A stretch of 64,000 bases of DNA from Bacteroidota bacterium (GCA_034659275.1 JAYEGY010000122.1:29512-93511), one strand, 5' to 3'; positions 19,676 to 28,453 are shown, counted from the first letter of the stretch. A program made the numbers and translations. Notes: generated from the sequence alone by a model not told the origin.

Positions 19676-21829
19676 TTATTGGTAATCCTTCACGAGCTCT
19701 ATCAATTCCGGCAGGTCCATTCCAATTTTTTTCAGGAATTCGATTCTGGGCACTCCCTTGCTATTCCATCCCCTTCTTTTATATACGGCGTCAATAAGGT
19801 CTTCGTATCGTTTTTCCCTGTACTTACGTGTAATTGCCAGTTTTTCCTCAATTGTTTTCCCTTCAGGATCGACCCCTATTAGTTCTTTCATCTGTTTATC
19901 ATATCTTTCAGCCCTCGATTCATATTCTTCAACCGTAACAGGTCCGGCTGCCCGATACGGCTGCCTGTCGTGCTCACGTGTTCCATACCCTCTCCTGAGG
20001 TTGAATATACGCTGGAAGTTATAAACCCTTTCAGAGTCTTCTATCATTTTGTGCTTATCAAATTCCCTGCCCGTAACAGCTTTATATATAGTTACATAAT
20101 TATCTACATGCTCGGGTACCTTGGCAGGTTCATCTGTTTCGGCATTATCTTCAGGTTCAACATCATTCCATGGCAGCTTGCAGAGTCCCACCAATCCAAA
20201 CCAGGTACGGAACATGGGGAAATAATGCAATGCTTCAGCCTTATCCTCGAATGTCGGTATCTGGTTATTGACCATATCCATAAATATAAGCCATGCTTCA
20301 TCATGCTGGGGGCCCTTATTGGTCATTGCAAAGCCTCCCTGCTGAGCCAGGGATTCTTTAGAGATATACTGTGAATACTCGAGCCCTTTATTCTCCATCC
20401 CTATATCATTGAGAAAATCAGGGTCGCCCCATCCTTTCTCTATGAACATCTCTTTCATTTTGCGTACGCCCATTCCTGCTATCTTACCAAAGCCTTCACC
20501 ACGGCTCAGCCTGTGCATAAGTTCCATAGCCGAGTCAGCATTCCCAAAATTTAGTTTAAGCCCGCCGGTTCTTTCTTCATTAAGGATGCCATTTTCATAA
20601 CATTCCATTATAAAAGCAAGCAGGGTGCCCCATGTAATGGTACAGATGCCATATGTATCACAATAGAAATTATATTCAAGGATATAGTCAGTACTGAAAA
20701 TACCACAGTTTGAACCAAGTCCGCCTGCACTTTCATATTCAGGTCCGTCCACAATGACTTTCTGCCCTTTATACGGACCTGTTCTAACCTCGTAGTTATC
20801 AACGCCCTTGGAGCATGACATACTACAACCTATCCAGCATCCATCGGGTATTCCCTGGGTAAATAATTTTTTCCACTTATCAGATTCAATTTTGAAAGCG
20901 TCGGGATGACTGCCGAACTTATAATTATCTGTCGGCAGGAGATCATGATCATTCATAATTTCTATAAGGTGCGCCGTACCCACTTCTTTCATCTGTGACT
21001 GCTCATGGTCAAATTCACGCATTTCACGGTTGAAGCGTTTTCCCCTTTCCTTGATAGCTTCTAAATCGACCACATTATTCAGGTTCCCTTTAACCCCGGG
21101 CACTTTGCAAACAAGAGCTTTGATCTTCTTATCACGGAACACTGTTCCTGTACCTCCCCGGCCTGCCTGTTTCATCCTGACAACTTTTCTCTTGGGATCG
21201 TAAAAACTGAAATTTAACATTCCTATGAGCGAATTATCCGCACCGCTTCCCGTTGACACAACAGCTACATTCTTTTTATCCTTTTCATTATCGGCATACA
21301 TCTCCGTGAGTTGTTCTGCCAGTATATGGCTATCAAGGGCTTCTTCCGGTGCTTCGTATATCCCTATGGTGTGGTTAATACCATCAATATATATAATAAC
21401 ATCTTTTTCAGCCTTGCCCTGTAGTTCCAGCGCATCATAACCGGCAAACTTGAGGAAGGGTCCAAAAAAGCCTCCGACATTGTTGTCCATAACCGAATCG
21501 GTCTGGGGCGATATTGTTACCACAAGTGACTTCCCTGTTCCCGAATACTGTGTAATCCCACCGATTGGCCCGGATGAAATAATTATTTCATTCTTTGGAT
21601 CATTCCAGGGAGTGCGTGGCTCGGTGGCATCCCATAGAAGTCTTAAGCCATACCCTCTCCCACCTATGAATTTTTCTTTCATCTCGGAAGGAACATCTTT
21701 CTCCTTGATCTCGTTGGTGCCAACATTAATGTAAAGTATTTTATCTGTATAACCTTTATCAAGAGGAAGCCAATCATATGAATATTCCTTGATTAATTTG
21801 TGTTTTTCTTTAATTGCCTGTACGTCCAT
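19676..21829 (-). CDS. Aldehyde:ferredoxin oxidoreductase family tungsto/molybdo-pterin enzyme (long, 717-aa form)
   Basis: AOR N-terminal domain ('ILYINVGTNEI..K.....KFIGGRGYGLRLLW'), a Cys cluster 'CWIGCSMSC', and an AOR C-terminal tail 'YKRRGWNSKGVP'. Confidence 0.85.
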   Translation of the reverse strand: MDVQAIKEKHKLIKEYSYDWLPLDKGYTDKILYINVGTNEIKEKDVPSEMKEKFIGGRGYGLRLLWDATEPRTPWNDPKNEIIISSGPIGGITQYSGTGKSLVVTISPQTDSVMDNNVGGFFGPFLKFAGYDALELQGKAEKDVIIYIDGINHTIGIYEAPEEALDSHILAEQLTEMYADNEKDKKNVAVVSTGSGADNSLIGMLNFSFYDPKRKVVRMKQAGRGGTGTVFRDKKIKALVCKVPGVKGNLNNVVDLEAIKERGKRFNREMREFDHEQSQMKEVGTAHLIEIMNDHDLLPTDNYKFGSHPDAFKIESDKWKKLFTQGIPDGCWIGCSMSCSKGVDNYEVRTGPYKGQKVIVDGPEYESAGGLGSNCGIFSTDYILEYNFYCDTYGICTITWGTLLAFIMECYENGILNEERTGGLKLNFGNADSAMELMHRLSRGEGFGKIAGMGVRKMKEMFIEKGWGDPDFLNDIGMENKGLEYSQYISKESLAQQGGFAMTNKGPQHDEAWLIFMDMVNNQIPTFEDKAEALHYFPMFRTWFGLVGLCKLPWNDVEPEDNAETDEPAKVPEHVDNYVTIYKAVTGREFDKHKMIEDSERVYNFQRIFNLRRGYGTREHDRQPYRAAGPVTVEEYESRAERYDKQMKELIGVDPEGKTIEEKLAITRKYREKRYEDLIDAVYKRRGWNSKGVPRIEFLKKIGMDLPELIELVKDYQ

Positions 21830-21889
21830 CTGTTATTATTTTATTTAATTATCCTAACGCTTAATTATTGTTAGATCTAAGTTACAAAT

Positions 21890-21897
21890 CAAATATA
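21890..21897 (-). promoter_or_regulatory. Candidate -7 box (TATATTTG on the minus strand) for the AOR operon
   Basis: Perfect TAnnTTTG 61 nt upstream of the AOR ATG. No clear -33 TTTG. Confidence 0.35.
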
Positions 21898-21946
21898 GGG
21901 CATAAAATGAGATATATCAATATGTTACAAAATGCATAACGGAACA

Positions 21947-21959
21947 AATTATTAATTAT
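21947..21959. repeat. Left copy of the 13-nt direct repeat AATTATTAATTAT flanking the GC-rich island
   Basis: Identical to 22071-22083. Confidence 0.9.
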
Positions 21960-22070
21960 GAAAGGCGAGAGGCGAGATGCGAACCGAACGGTGCGAGTAT
22001 GCACAAGCATACGAGTACCGTGAGCTCACGAGCTGTTAGTGGTTGTGGCCGGTGGGAGCGAGTAAATGCG
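21960..22070. other. 111-nt GC-rich island in an AT-rich divergent intergenic region
   Basis: It contains four GCGAG and two ACGAG repeats, the dyad GTATGC-ACAA-GCATAC (21997-22012) and the perfect 12-nt palindrome CGTGAGCTCACG (22019-22030). Confidence 0.8.
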
Positions 22071-22083
22071 AATTATTAATTAT
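22071..22083. repeat. Right copy of the 13-nt direct repeat AATTATTAATTAT
   Basis: Identical to 21947-21959. Confidence 0.9.
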
Positions 22084-22087
22084 TAAT

Positions 22088-22095
22088 TACTTTTG
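22088..22095 (+). promoter_or_regulatory. Candidate -7 box (TACTTTTG) for the DUF364-thiF-thiS-like operon
   Basis: TAnnTTTG match 17 nt upstream of ATG 22112. Confidence 0.35.
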
Positions 22096-22111
22096 AAGGA
22101 AAAGAGATCTT

Positions 22112-22834
22112 ATGGAAGAACCGCTGAAGCATTTCTATTCAATAAAAGGCTTTAAGAGGGCACATATTAAAGAATGTGTGATAGGTGACAAATACGTAGC
22201 TATATTGCATGAGAGCGGTAATATTGGCGTATGCGCCACACTTGGAACTAAAATGGATGACAAGCTGCTTATCGGCGAAGAAGCCGATCTGGCTAAGCCG
22301 GTACACAGGATAATCCTGAATGCTTATTACAATTCCATTTTCAATTATGAGCGGGACTATGATGATATCTGTGATATCTTTGACCGGATTGATTTCAGCA
22401 AATACAGCAGGATTGTGATGATAGGATATTTTGAGAGCCTGTACGATAAATTCGCCAGGAATTGTATAAACCTGGATGTATTTGATATTCAGAAGGAAAG
22501 TCATATTCTGGCAGATATTTCAAAAATGAAAGAATCACTTATAGGAGCTGAAACCATAATACTTACCGGCACCACAATTTTTAATAATACTTTCAATGAT
22601 ATAGTTAGCATAACGCCCCCGGGATGTAATATTTTTTTGCTTGGTCCATCAAATATTTTATCGGAAGAAATGTTCAGGTATCCCAATATCAAGGTTGTTT
22701 TCGGGTCGGTATTTATGCATGATGACAGCCGGGTGTTAGAAAAGGTGGGGGCAGGTTACGGTACCAGGGGATTTCTTCCCTACCTTAATAAAGTGTATAT
22801 AATAAGCGATGATTACAAAGATGAAATTCAGTGA
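22112..22834 (+). CDS. DUF4213/DUF364 ('putative heavy-metal chelation') Rossmann-like protein
   Basis: 240 aa. The N-terminal part reads 'VIGDKYVAILHESGNIGVCATLG'. The C-terminal part reads 'IVMIGYF...AETIILTGTTIFNNTF...IFLLGPS...VFGSVF', which matches my recollection of the DUF364 pattern. Confidence 0.55.
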   Translation: MEEPLKHFYSIKGFKRAHIKECVIGDKYVAILHESGNIGVCATLGTKMDDKLLIGEEADLAKPVHRIILNAYYNSIFNYERDYDDICDIFDRIDFSKYSRIVMIGYFESLYDKFARNCINLDVFDIQKESHILADISKMKESLIGAETIILTGTTIFNNTFNDIVSITPPGCNIFLLGPSNILSEEMFRYPNIKVVFGSVFMHDDSRVLEKVGAGYGTRGFLPYLNKVYIISDDYKDEIQ

Positions 22835-23426
22835 AATAAAAAATCATTTAGCAGGCTATACTGTCGGCATTGCAGGAGCGGGCGGACTGGGGTCGAACTG
22901 CGCTGTTGCCCTTGCACGAAGTGGCATAGGCCGTTTAATAATAGTTGATCATGATACAGTGGATGTTGATAACCTGAACAGGCAGTATTATTTTGCTGAC
23001 CAGGTCGGGATGAAAAAAACGGAAGCCCTCAGGGATAACATCAGAAGGATTAAGCCTGACATAGGGATCGATATTTATGATACAGAGCTTAATGAGAGTA
23101 ATATCCCTGTTATTTTCAGGGATTGTGATATAATAGTAGAGGCCCTGGACCTGGACTCGATGAAGAAAATGCTTGCGGAGACGGTATTAAGCAAGTGGCC
23201 TGAGCGGCCTCTTATAATTGGCTCGGGCCTTGCCGGCTATGGTAAAACCAATCAACTCAGGGAAAGGACCATAGACAAGACGCTTATAGTATGTGGGGAT
23301 GAAGATTCAGAAGCATCGGAAGAGCTTCCGGCTATGGCACCACGGACAGCAATTGTTGCAAACATGCAGGCCAATGCAGTTGTTGAAATATTAATGAAAA
23401 GGAAGAATTATGAAAATAATGCTTAA
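22809..23426 (+). CDS. Short ThiF/MoeB-family E1-like adenylyltransferase
   Basis: 205 aa with 'GIAGAGGLGSNCAVALARSGIGRLIIVDHDTVDVDNLNRQ'. There is no rhodanese domain. It overlaps both neighbours, which suggests translational coupling. Confidence 0.8.
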   Translation: MITKMKFSEIKNHLAGYTVGIAGAGGLGSNCAVALARSGIGRLIIVDHDTVDVDNLNRQYYFADQVGMKKTEALRDNIRRIKPDIGIDIYDTELNESNIPVIFRDCDIIVEALDLDSMKKMLAETVLSKWPERPLIIGSGLAGYGKTNQLRERTIDKTLIVCGDEDSEASEELPAMAPRTAIVANMQANAVVEILMKRKNYENNA

Positions 23427-23613
23427 TAACAGGCCTGAAGAATTCGACAAGGAAGAAATGACTGTTAGTGAAATGCTTGATATTAAGAGATTTACCTACA
23501 GAATGCGTCTCGTAAAGATAAATGGGAAACTCATAAAAAAGGACGAATACGATAAGGCTATAATTAAGGATGGTGATGATGTGAAGATGTTATACCTTAT
23601 GAGTGGTGGATAG
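23410..23613 (+). CDS. ThiS/MoaD-family sulfur-carrier protein (C-terminal GG)
   Basis: 67 aa with a beta-grasp pattern 'INGK.I.K..YDK..IKDGDDV....LMSGG'. Confidence 0.75.
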   Translation: MKIMLNNRPEEFDKEEMTVSEMLDIKRFTYRMRLVKINGKLIKKDEYDKAIIKDGDDVKMLYLMSGG

Positions 23614-23659
23614 CAGGTATGTCATTGATTATTTTACAAATTTGTTATAGGTTTGTATT

Positions 23660-24004
23660 ATGAACGATTCGGTTAAAGTTTTATTTGATAAGATACCGCC
23701 GATACTCAAGAACAGATATTTTCTCACCCTTGTTGTATTCCTGGTGTGGATACTGCTTTTTGACAATAATAATCTTATCGACAGGTATCATTACCTGAAG
23801 AATCTCAGGCAGCTGGAAAAAGATAAGAACTATTACCAGGAAAGGATAGAAGAAGACCGGAGGAAGCTGAATGAACTCAAAACAAGTGATGAAAATCTTG
23901 AGAAATTTGCCCGCGAACAATATTTCATGAAGAAAGAAAACGAAGACATCTATATCATAGTGGACGAAGACGGTAATAAACTGCCGGATACTGAGGATAA
24001 GTGA
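23660..24004 (+). CDS. FtsB/DivIC-like septum formation initiator family protein
   Basis: 114 aa with one TM helix and a coiled coil. 'ARE.YFMKKENEDIY' is typical of the family. Confidence 0.65.
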   Translation: MNDSVKVLFDKIPPILKNRYFLTLVVFLVWILLFDNNNLIDRYHYLKNLRQLEKDKNYYQERIEEDRRKLNELKTSDENLEKFAREQYFMKKENEDIYIIVDEDGNKLPDTEDK

Positions 24005-24005
24005 C

Positions 24006-25262
24006 TTATCTTTCCATCTCCCTGTACCGGCTCAATAAAGCAAACACCTCACCTTCAGGACCTCCTTTCCCGAATTTTTCCAGCAAATCAAAAGCTGCTT
24101 TTTCAACCGGTTTTTTGTTAAGGTAGGGTTCAGAATGTGTGAAATTTAAATATTTAACTATTCTGAACATATTGAACCAATTAAAAAACCTTTTACGGAA
24201 CGAATCCTTCGATGCAGTATTGTTACTTATCTCCACCATCTTTTCAAACCAGTCATTCCCGGCAAGAAATTCCTGCATGCTTTTATGCAGGCGTGCATAA
24301 ATATTTTCGTATGCTTGGATATCAGCATTATACAAGAGCATTATATTATTAAAGAATTCTTTCAGGTGATCAAAACCATCCGGATCATAAGTCATATACT
24401 CATTCTCATCATCCATTGCTATTTTAGTTATTACCGGTCCGGTTCCAAAAGGGACCCTGTCGGAAGTCCTGGGTGAGGGTATAACAGTGGCCGAATTGAG
24501 GTAAAAATATCCACCTGCAGGCACCAGTTTCTGTATGAAGTAAAAATCTTCCGCTCCCTGTTTTTTGCTCATCCCCCCAGCTTTAACATAAGCTTCTGCT
24601 TTAACTGCAAGAGCTGATCCCATGGTATGAAATGCCCATGGATATCCTGTATATTTCAATGCCTGGTAATAATATCTCAGGTGCAGCTCATACCTGGCAA
24701 TTGCATCATAGACTTTCACCGGCAGATCACCGGTCAATGGATGCTCAAAATATATGGAGCATGCCTTACGGCCATTTCGCCGGTACAGCTGCTCATAAAT
24801 TTCTTCCAGGTAATTTTCTGACACCAGGCAATCAGCATCAAGTGACACTATCACACCACCGGGATTATGTATATTATTAAACCGTCTCAGGGCTTCATCC
24901 ATTGCCATCTTCCTTGCCATGCCCACTCCCCAGCCAGGATTATCACATACTCCCGCATCATAAAAAAGCATGTTATAAAATGCGTTTTTATTGTCTCTCT
25001 TCCAGGCAGCCAATTCGTTACAGGTTGCAATATTTTGTTCTATCTGTGATATGCCAGCATCATTCGGAGCATTAACAAGTACTATTATTTCAACATTGCA
25101 TGGAGGATTTTTACATTTAAGCAATGAGTTCAGGGTAAAAATAATCCCGGGCTCATTAAAGGCCGGGATTATTATTATTATTCCGGTATTTTCTTTTGGT
25201 ATATTTGCAAACAGTCTATTGCTCAGTATTTTGTTTGCAAGATACGAGGATACAAAATTCAT
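24006..25262 (-). CDS. Family 2 glycosyltransferase
   Basis: 'IIIIPAFNEP' and 'SLDADC' (DxD-type) motifs. Confidence 0.7.
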   Translation of the reverse strand: MNFVSSYLANKILSNRLFANIPKENTGIIIIIPAFNEPGIIFTLNSLLKCKNPPCNVEIIVLVNAPNDAGISQIEQNIATCNELAAWKRDNKNAFYNMLFYDAGVCDNPGWGVGMARKMAMDEALRRFNNIHNPGGVIVSLDADCLVSENYLEEIYEQLYRRNGRKACSIYFEHPLTGDLPVKVYDAIARYELHLRYYYQALKYTGYPWAFHTMGSALAVKAEAYVKAGGMSKKQGAEDFYFIQKLVPAGGYFYLNSATVIPSPRTSDRVPFGTGPVITKIAMDDENEYMTYDPDGFDHLKEFFNNIMLLYNADIQAYENIYARLHKSMQEFLAGNDWFEKMVEISNNTASKDSFRKRFFNWFNMFRIVKYLNFTHSEPYLNKKPVEKAAFDLLEKFGKGGPEGEVFALLSRYREMER

Positions 25263-25264
25263 TA

Positions 25265-25867
25265 TTATTCATTCTTCTCTTCCCTGTATTTATAATTAAC
25301 CCCCCTTAGTACTTCCTTGGTTATATCCAGCGAGTCATTGGCATACATCACAGGGCTTCCGAATCTTTTTGCCAGTATGTAATCATAATAGTTATCAGCA
25401 GAAAACTCTTCCAGAAAATCATATATATAGTTAAGAATTTTCCTGTTCATAACCTGCTCTTCTTCCATCAGCTGGTTTTCGAGTTCATTTCTCAGGTTCA
25501 TTAGGTCCTGCTGCTGCTGGAGAAGTTCCTGTTCCATTTGGGCTGCTGTTGCCCTGGTAACCAGTCCTTTCCGGACTTTTTCTTCATAATCGCGTGCGCC
25601 TGATTGATACTGTTTTCCTTTTGTGTTCAATTCAGCCTCAGAGCTCTGTTGCTTTTGCATAAGTTCATCTCTGAGGTCGAAATACATATCAAAATTCAGT
25701 ATAATTGAGTCTATTTCAACGTAAGCAATATTGGTGGGGGTCATTTTTTGCTCAACTTGCTGAGCTTCAGTTGTTTCTTTTTTATCAACATAAAAAAATT
25801 GCCACATGAGCAAAAATATCACTCCAAGGATTGCAACTATTCCCAGTATTAAAGGTAACTTCTTCAT
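25265..25867 (-). CDS. OmpH/Skp-like coiled-coil protein with an N-terminal anchor
   Basis: 200 aa with a TM/signal segment followed by Q/E-rich coiled coil ('ELLQQQQDLMNLRNELENQL'). Confidence 0.45.
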   Translation of the reverse strand: MKKLPLILGIVAILGVIFLLMWQFFYVDKKETTEAQQVEQKMTPTNIAYVEIDSIILNFDMYFDLRDELMQKQQSSEAELNTKGKQYQSGARDYEEKVRKGLVTRATAAQMEQELLQQQQDLMNLRNELENQLMEEEQVMNRKILNYIYDFLEEFSADNYYDYILAKRFGSPVMYANDSLDITKEVLRGVNYKYREEKNE

Positions 25868-25943
25868 CTCTAATAGTTAATTGGTTATACTTAACAGGCA
25901 ACAAATATAAAGTAATTTGGCGAAATACGAAACAACAATTCTT

Positions 25944-26939
25944 TTAGAATTCGGGGCATGGGACAGCATGGAACATTCTTCTGCGTTGTCCTATCGTTGA
26001 AGTCAGGAATTCATAAACAAGGGATATCTCGTGTGAACCGCCGGTAGAGGCTATAAGATTAGAAATAGTAAAATCATAGCTATAGCCTATATGCAGTTTT
26101 TCTGTTTTTATACCGATAAGAGCGATAAGGGCATCGCCTGCCTGGCTGGTAACGAAGGGGATACCACGGTACCACAAACCGAAAATCAAGGGATCCCTGT
26201 AATAATACAATCCAACGTCGGACTGCCAGAACCTATCCTGGTATTTTATATTGGCTGCTACGGATATTACTTCCGAGTACCTGTTAAGCAATCTTCCGCG
26301 TCGGGATATTTGCATGCCTCCGAATGCATTTACCTTAACCGGCACGTGGGTATCCCAGTCGCCATAGAATGATTGACGAGGTTTTAGGAGATGGTCAAAA
26401 TTAATACCTCCCCATATGCGGTCATTAAAAGCCATAACCGAGAAGGCAAAATCCACATCTGCCACTCCCTCGAAGGGAGGCGGATAAACAGAAGGGGTTG
26501 TACCCCTGGCTGTTATCATACTGTTCCATATCAGTTTGCCATAGTTAAGTCCCAGGTATGTAAACTTGAAATTTACCCCCGGACGGACATGCCAGTCCCT
26601 GTTAAGCTGGATATCGTATGAATAGAGCAGCCCGATATTGGTGGTACTCAGGTCTCCTGATCCTGCAACATCATAGGTAGCCAGTACACCTATACCTGAA
26701 CGGAAATTTGGCATATACCTGTCATAGCTGAAGCTGTATGTATTGAAAACACCTGTCACTGACGGCCATTGATTCCTGTAATTTATTGATATCCTGTTCT
26801 CTTCAATGGCCCCTGTAAATGATGGTGCCAAATAAAGAGCGTTAGCATAGAACTGCGAAAAGTGGGGATCCTGACCTGTCAAATCAGCAGAAATTAATAT
26901 GCTTATTATAACGACAGTATATTTGATTCTCTTTTGCAA
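25944..26939 (-). CDS. PorP/SprF-family T9SS outer-membrane protein
   Basis: Signal peptide followed by the hallmark 'QDPHFSQFYANALYLAPSFTG'. The profile is beta-barrel-like. TTG start. Confidence 0.85.
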   Translation of the reverse strand: MQKRIKYTVVIISILISADLTGQDPHFSQFYANALYLAPSFTGAIEENRISINYRNQWPSVTGVFNTYSFSYDRYMPNFRSGIGVLATYDVAGSGDLSTTNIGLLYSYDIQLNRDWHVRPGVNFKFTYLGLNYGKLIWNSMITARGTTPSVYPPPFEGVADVDFAFSVMAFNDRIWGGINFDHLLKPRQSFYGDWDTHVPVKVNAFGGMQISRRGRLLNRYSEVISVAANIKYQDRFWQSDVGLYYYRDPLIFGLWYRGIPFVTSQAGDALIALIGIKTEKLHIGYSYDFTISNLIASTGGSHEISLVYEFLTSTIGQRRRMFHAVPCPEF

Positions 26940-27124
26940 GATCAGTTTCTGTTAGACTTCTGGTTAAGAAATTAACGAAATGTATACAATTAAGTTACAT
27001 TTTTGCCGATGAAAATTGTCCAGAAACTAACAATAGGTGAATACTTATTAACAGTTACAGGCAGGTAATAAAAGGTTTATCAGAAGGATTATTTATACTG
27101 TTACCGGCTTATAAAATTGAAAAA

Positions 27125-28444
27125 TTACCATTTTGGAAGAAGGGTTACATCACCTCCTTTTACAAATGATTCACCATTCTGGAACATTCCTCTCGCTTTC
27201 CAGATATATACACCCGGTTCTGCTTTTTGTCCCTTATAATATCCATCCCATCCTATTTCTATATCATTTGTTTCAAAGACCAGTAAGCCTCTCCTGCTGT
27301 ATATCCGCAGGTTATACGAAGTAACTCCCGAACATACAGGGTGAAATACCTCTTCCTGCTGGTCACTCCTGTTTGAATAATACCCTCCTGTCGGTCCGCC
27401 TTCATTTGGGACAAAAGCATTTGGGAACTTAATAAAACAAGTATTTCCTCCGAATGCATCCGTAATGACCATGGTATCTGTGCAGCCATTCTCAGATAGC
27501 ACTACCAGTTTCACTGTATAAGAACCCGGCTTATCGTAAAAGTGCGATGGCTCAAACTCCTTACTTGAATTTCCGTCACCAAAATCCCATTTCCATGCAA
27601 CTGAGTTTTGTGAATAGTTATAAAACCTTATTTCCTCATCAGGTATTGCAGGGTTACCTGTACTTACTTCGAATCTTGCCACCGCTTTTGGATATACATT
27701 TATTGTTTCCGTGGCAGTTACCCTTGATCCGTCTTCGCCAAAAACAATAAGGTTTGCCTCATAATCTCCCACTTCATCATAGACCCACACCGGGCTTTCT
27801 TCGGTACTGATGCCACCATCACCAAATTCCCAGATACACGAATCAAAATTATGTGACAGGTTCTTAAAAGCAATACTCAGCGGCACGCAACCTTCCTTTA
27901 CATCGGGTATAAACTTGGCCACGGGTGCCGGCGCTACCACAGGTTCAGATATAACTGTCTCATCAACCATCAGGCGTTCCGGCTTATCACTGCCAGGTTT
28001 TTCAATTTTTTCAGTGTCAGTATTATCCTGTTGTTGTTTTTTATTTACTTTTTCCCTTATGTGCCGGGCAGTTTTACTTCCTATTTCATCCTTCCCCTCC
28101 GTTTCCTCTTCATATGTTATTCCTGTTTCTTCGACATTATCCTTTTCATCCGTGATATTACCGGGGGCAATGTATAGAGAATCTGTATAAATACCGGTAT
28201 CGGGCGCTTCCACCGGTGGTTCTTCACTTTTTATTGTAAGAACTGATATTGTCACAGCAGCTGCAGCAATAAGCCCGGCGAGGTAATATATATTGAAGCT
28301 ACCCGGCCTGAAATGCATAAACTCCCTGAAGCGGAGTTTCTTTGCAAAACGCGGCCAGAAATTATCAGAAACGGGGTACTCTCTTTTACCGAGTTCCGCC
28401 CTGTATAATTCTTCAATACTTTTATATTTCCCCGTGTTTTTCAA
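27125..28444 (-). CDS. Membrane-anchored PKD-repeat protein with a T9SS type-B (gliding-motility) C-terminal sorting domain, in the anti-sigma position
   Basis: About 50 aa of cytoplasmic N-terminus, then TM helix 'IYYLAGLIAAAAVTISVLTI'. Two PKD-like repeats ('FEFGDGG..', 'WDFGDGNSS'). The C-terminus reads 'FPNAFVPN...LRIYSRRGLLVF...GWDGYYKGQKAEPGVYIW'. It starts 10 nt after the ECF sigma gene. Confidence 0.7.
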   Translation of the reverse strand: MKNTGKYKSIEELYRAELGKREYPVSDNFWPRFAKKLRFREFMHFRPGSFNIYYLAGLIAAAAVTISVLTIKSEEPPVEAPDTGIYTDSLYIAPGNITDEKDNVEETGITYEEETEGKDEIGSKTARHIREKVNKKQQQDNTDTEKIEKPGSDKPERLMVDETVISEPVVAPAPVAKFIPDVKEGCVPLSIAFKNLSHNFDSCIWEFGDGGISTEESPVWVYDEVGDYEANLIVFGEDGSRVTATETINVYPKAVARFEVSTGNPAIPDEEIRFYNYSQNSVAWKWDFGDGNSSKEFEPSHFYDKPGSYTVKLVVLSENGCTDTMVITDAFGGNTCFIKFPNAFVPNEGGPTGGYYSNRSDQQEEVFHPVCSGVTSYNLRIYSRRGLLVFETNDIEIGWDGYYKGQKAEPGVYIWKARGMFQNGESFVKGGDVTLLPKW

Positions 28445-28453
28445 GTTTATTAT

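Noticed and set aside
21960-22070. Moco/Tuco riboswitch, or a TPP riboswitch, controlling the AOR or the thiF/thiS-like operon
   Set aside because: The context is tempting, but the island lies upstream of the best -7 boxes of both divergent operons and so is probably not transcribed into either leader. I also could not find the TPP hallmarks (CUGAGA, ACCUGAUCUGG-like). Nor could I find the order of conserved Moco-motif blocks as I remember them. Only a covariance-model search (Rfam RF01055, RF00059) can settle this.
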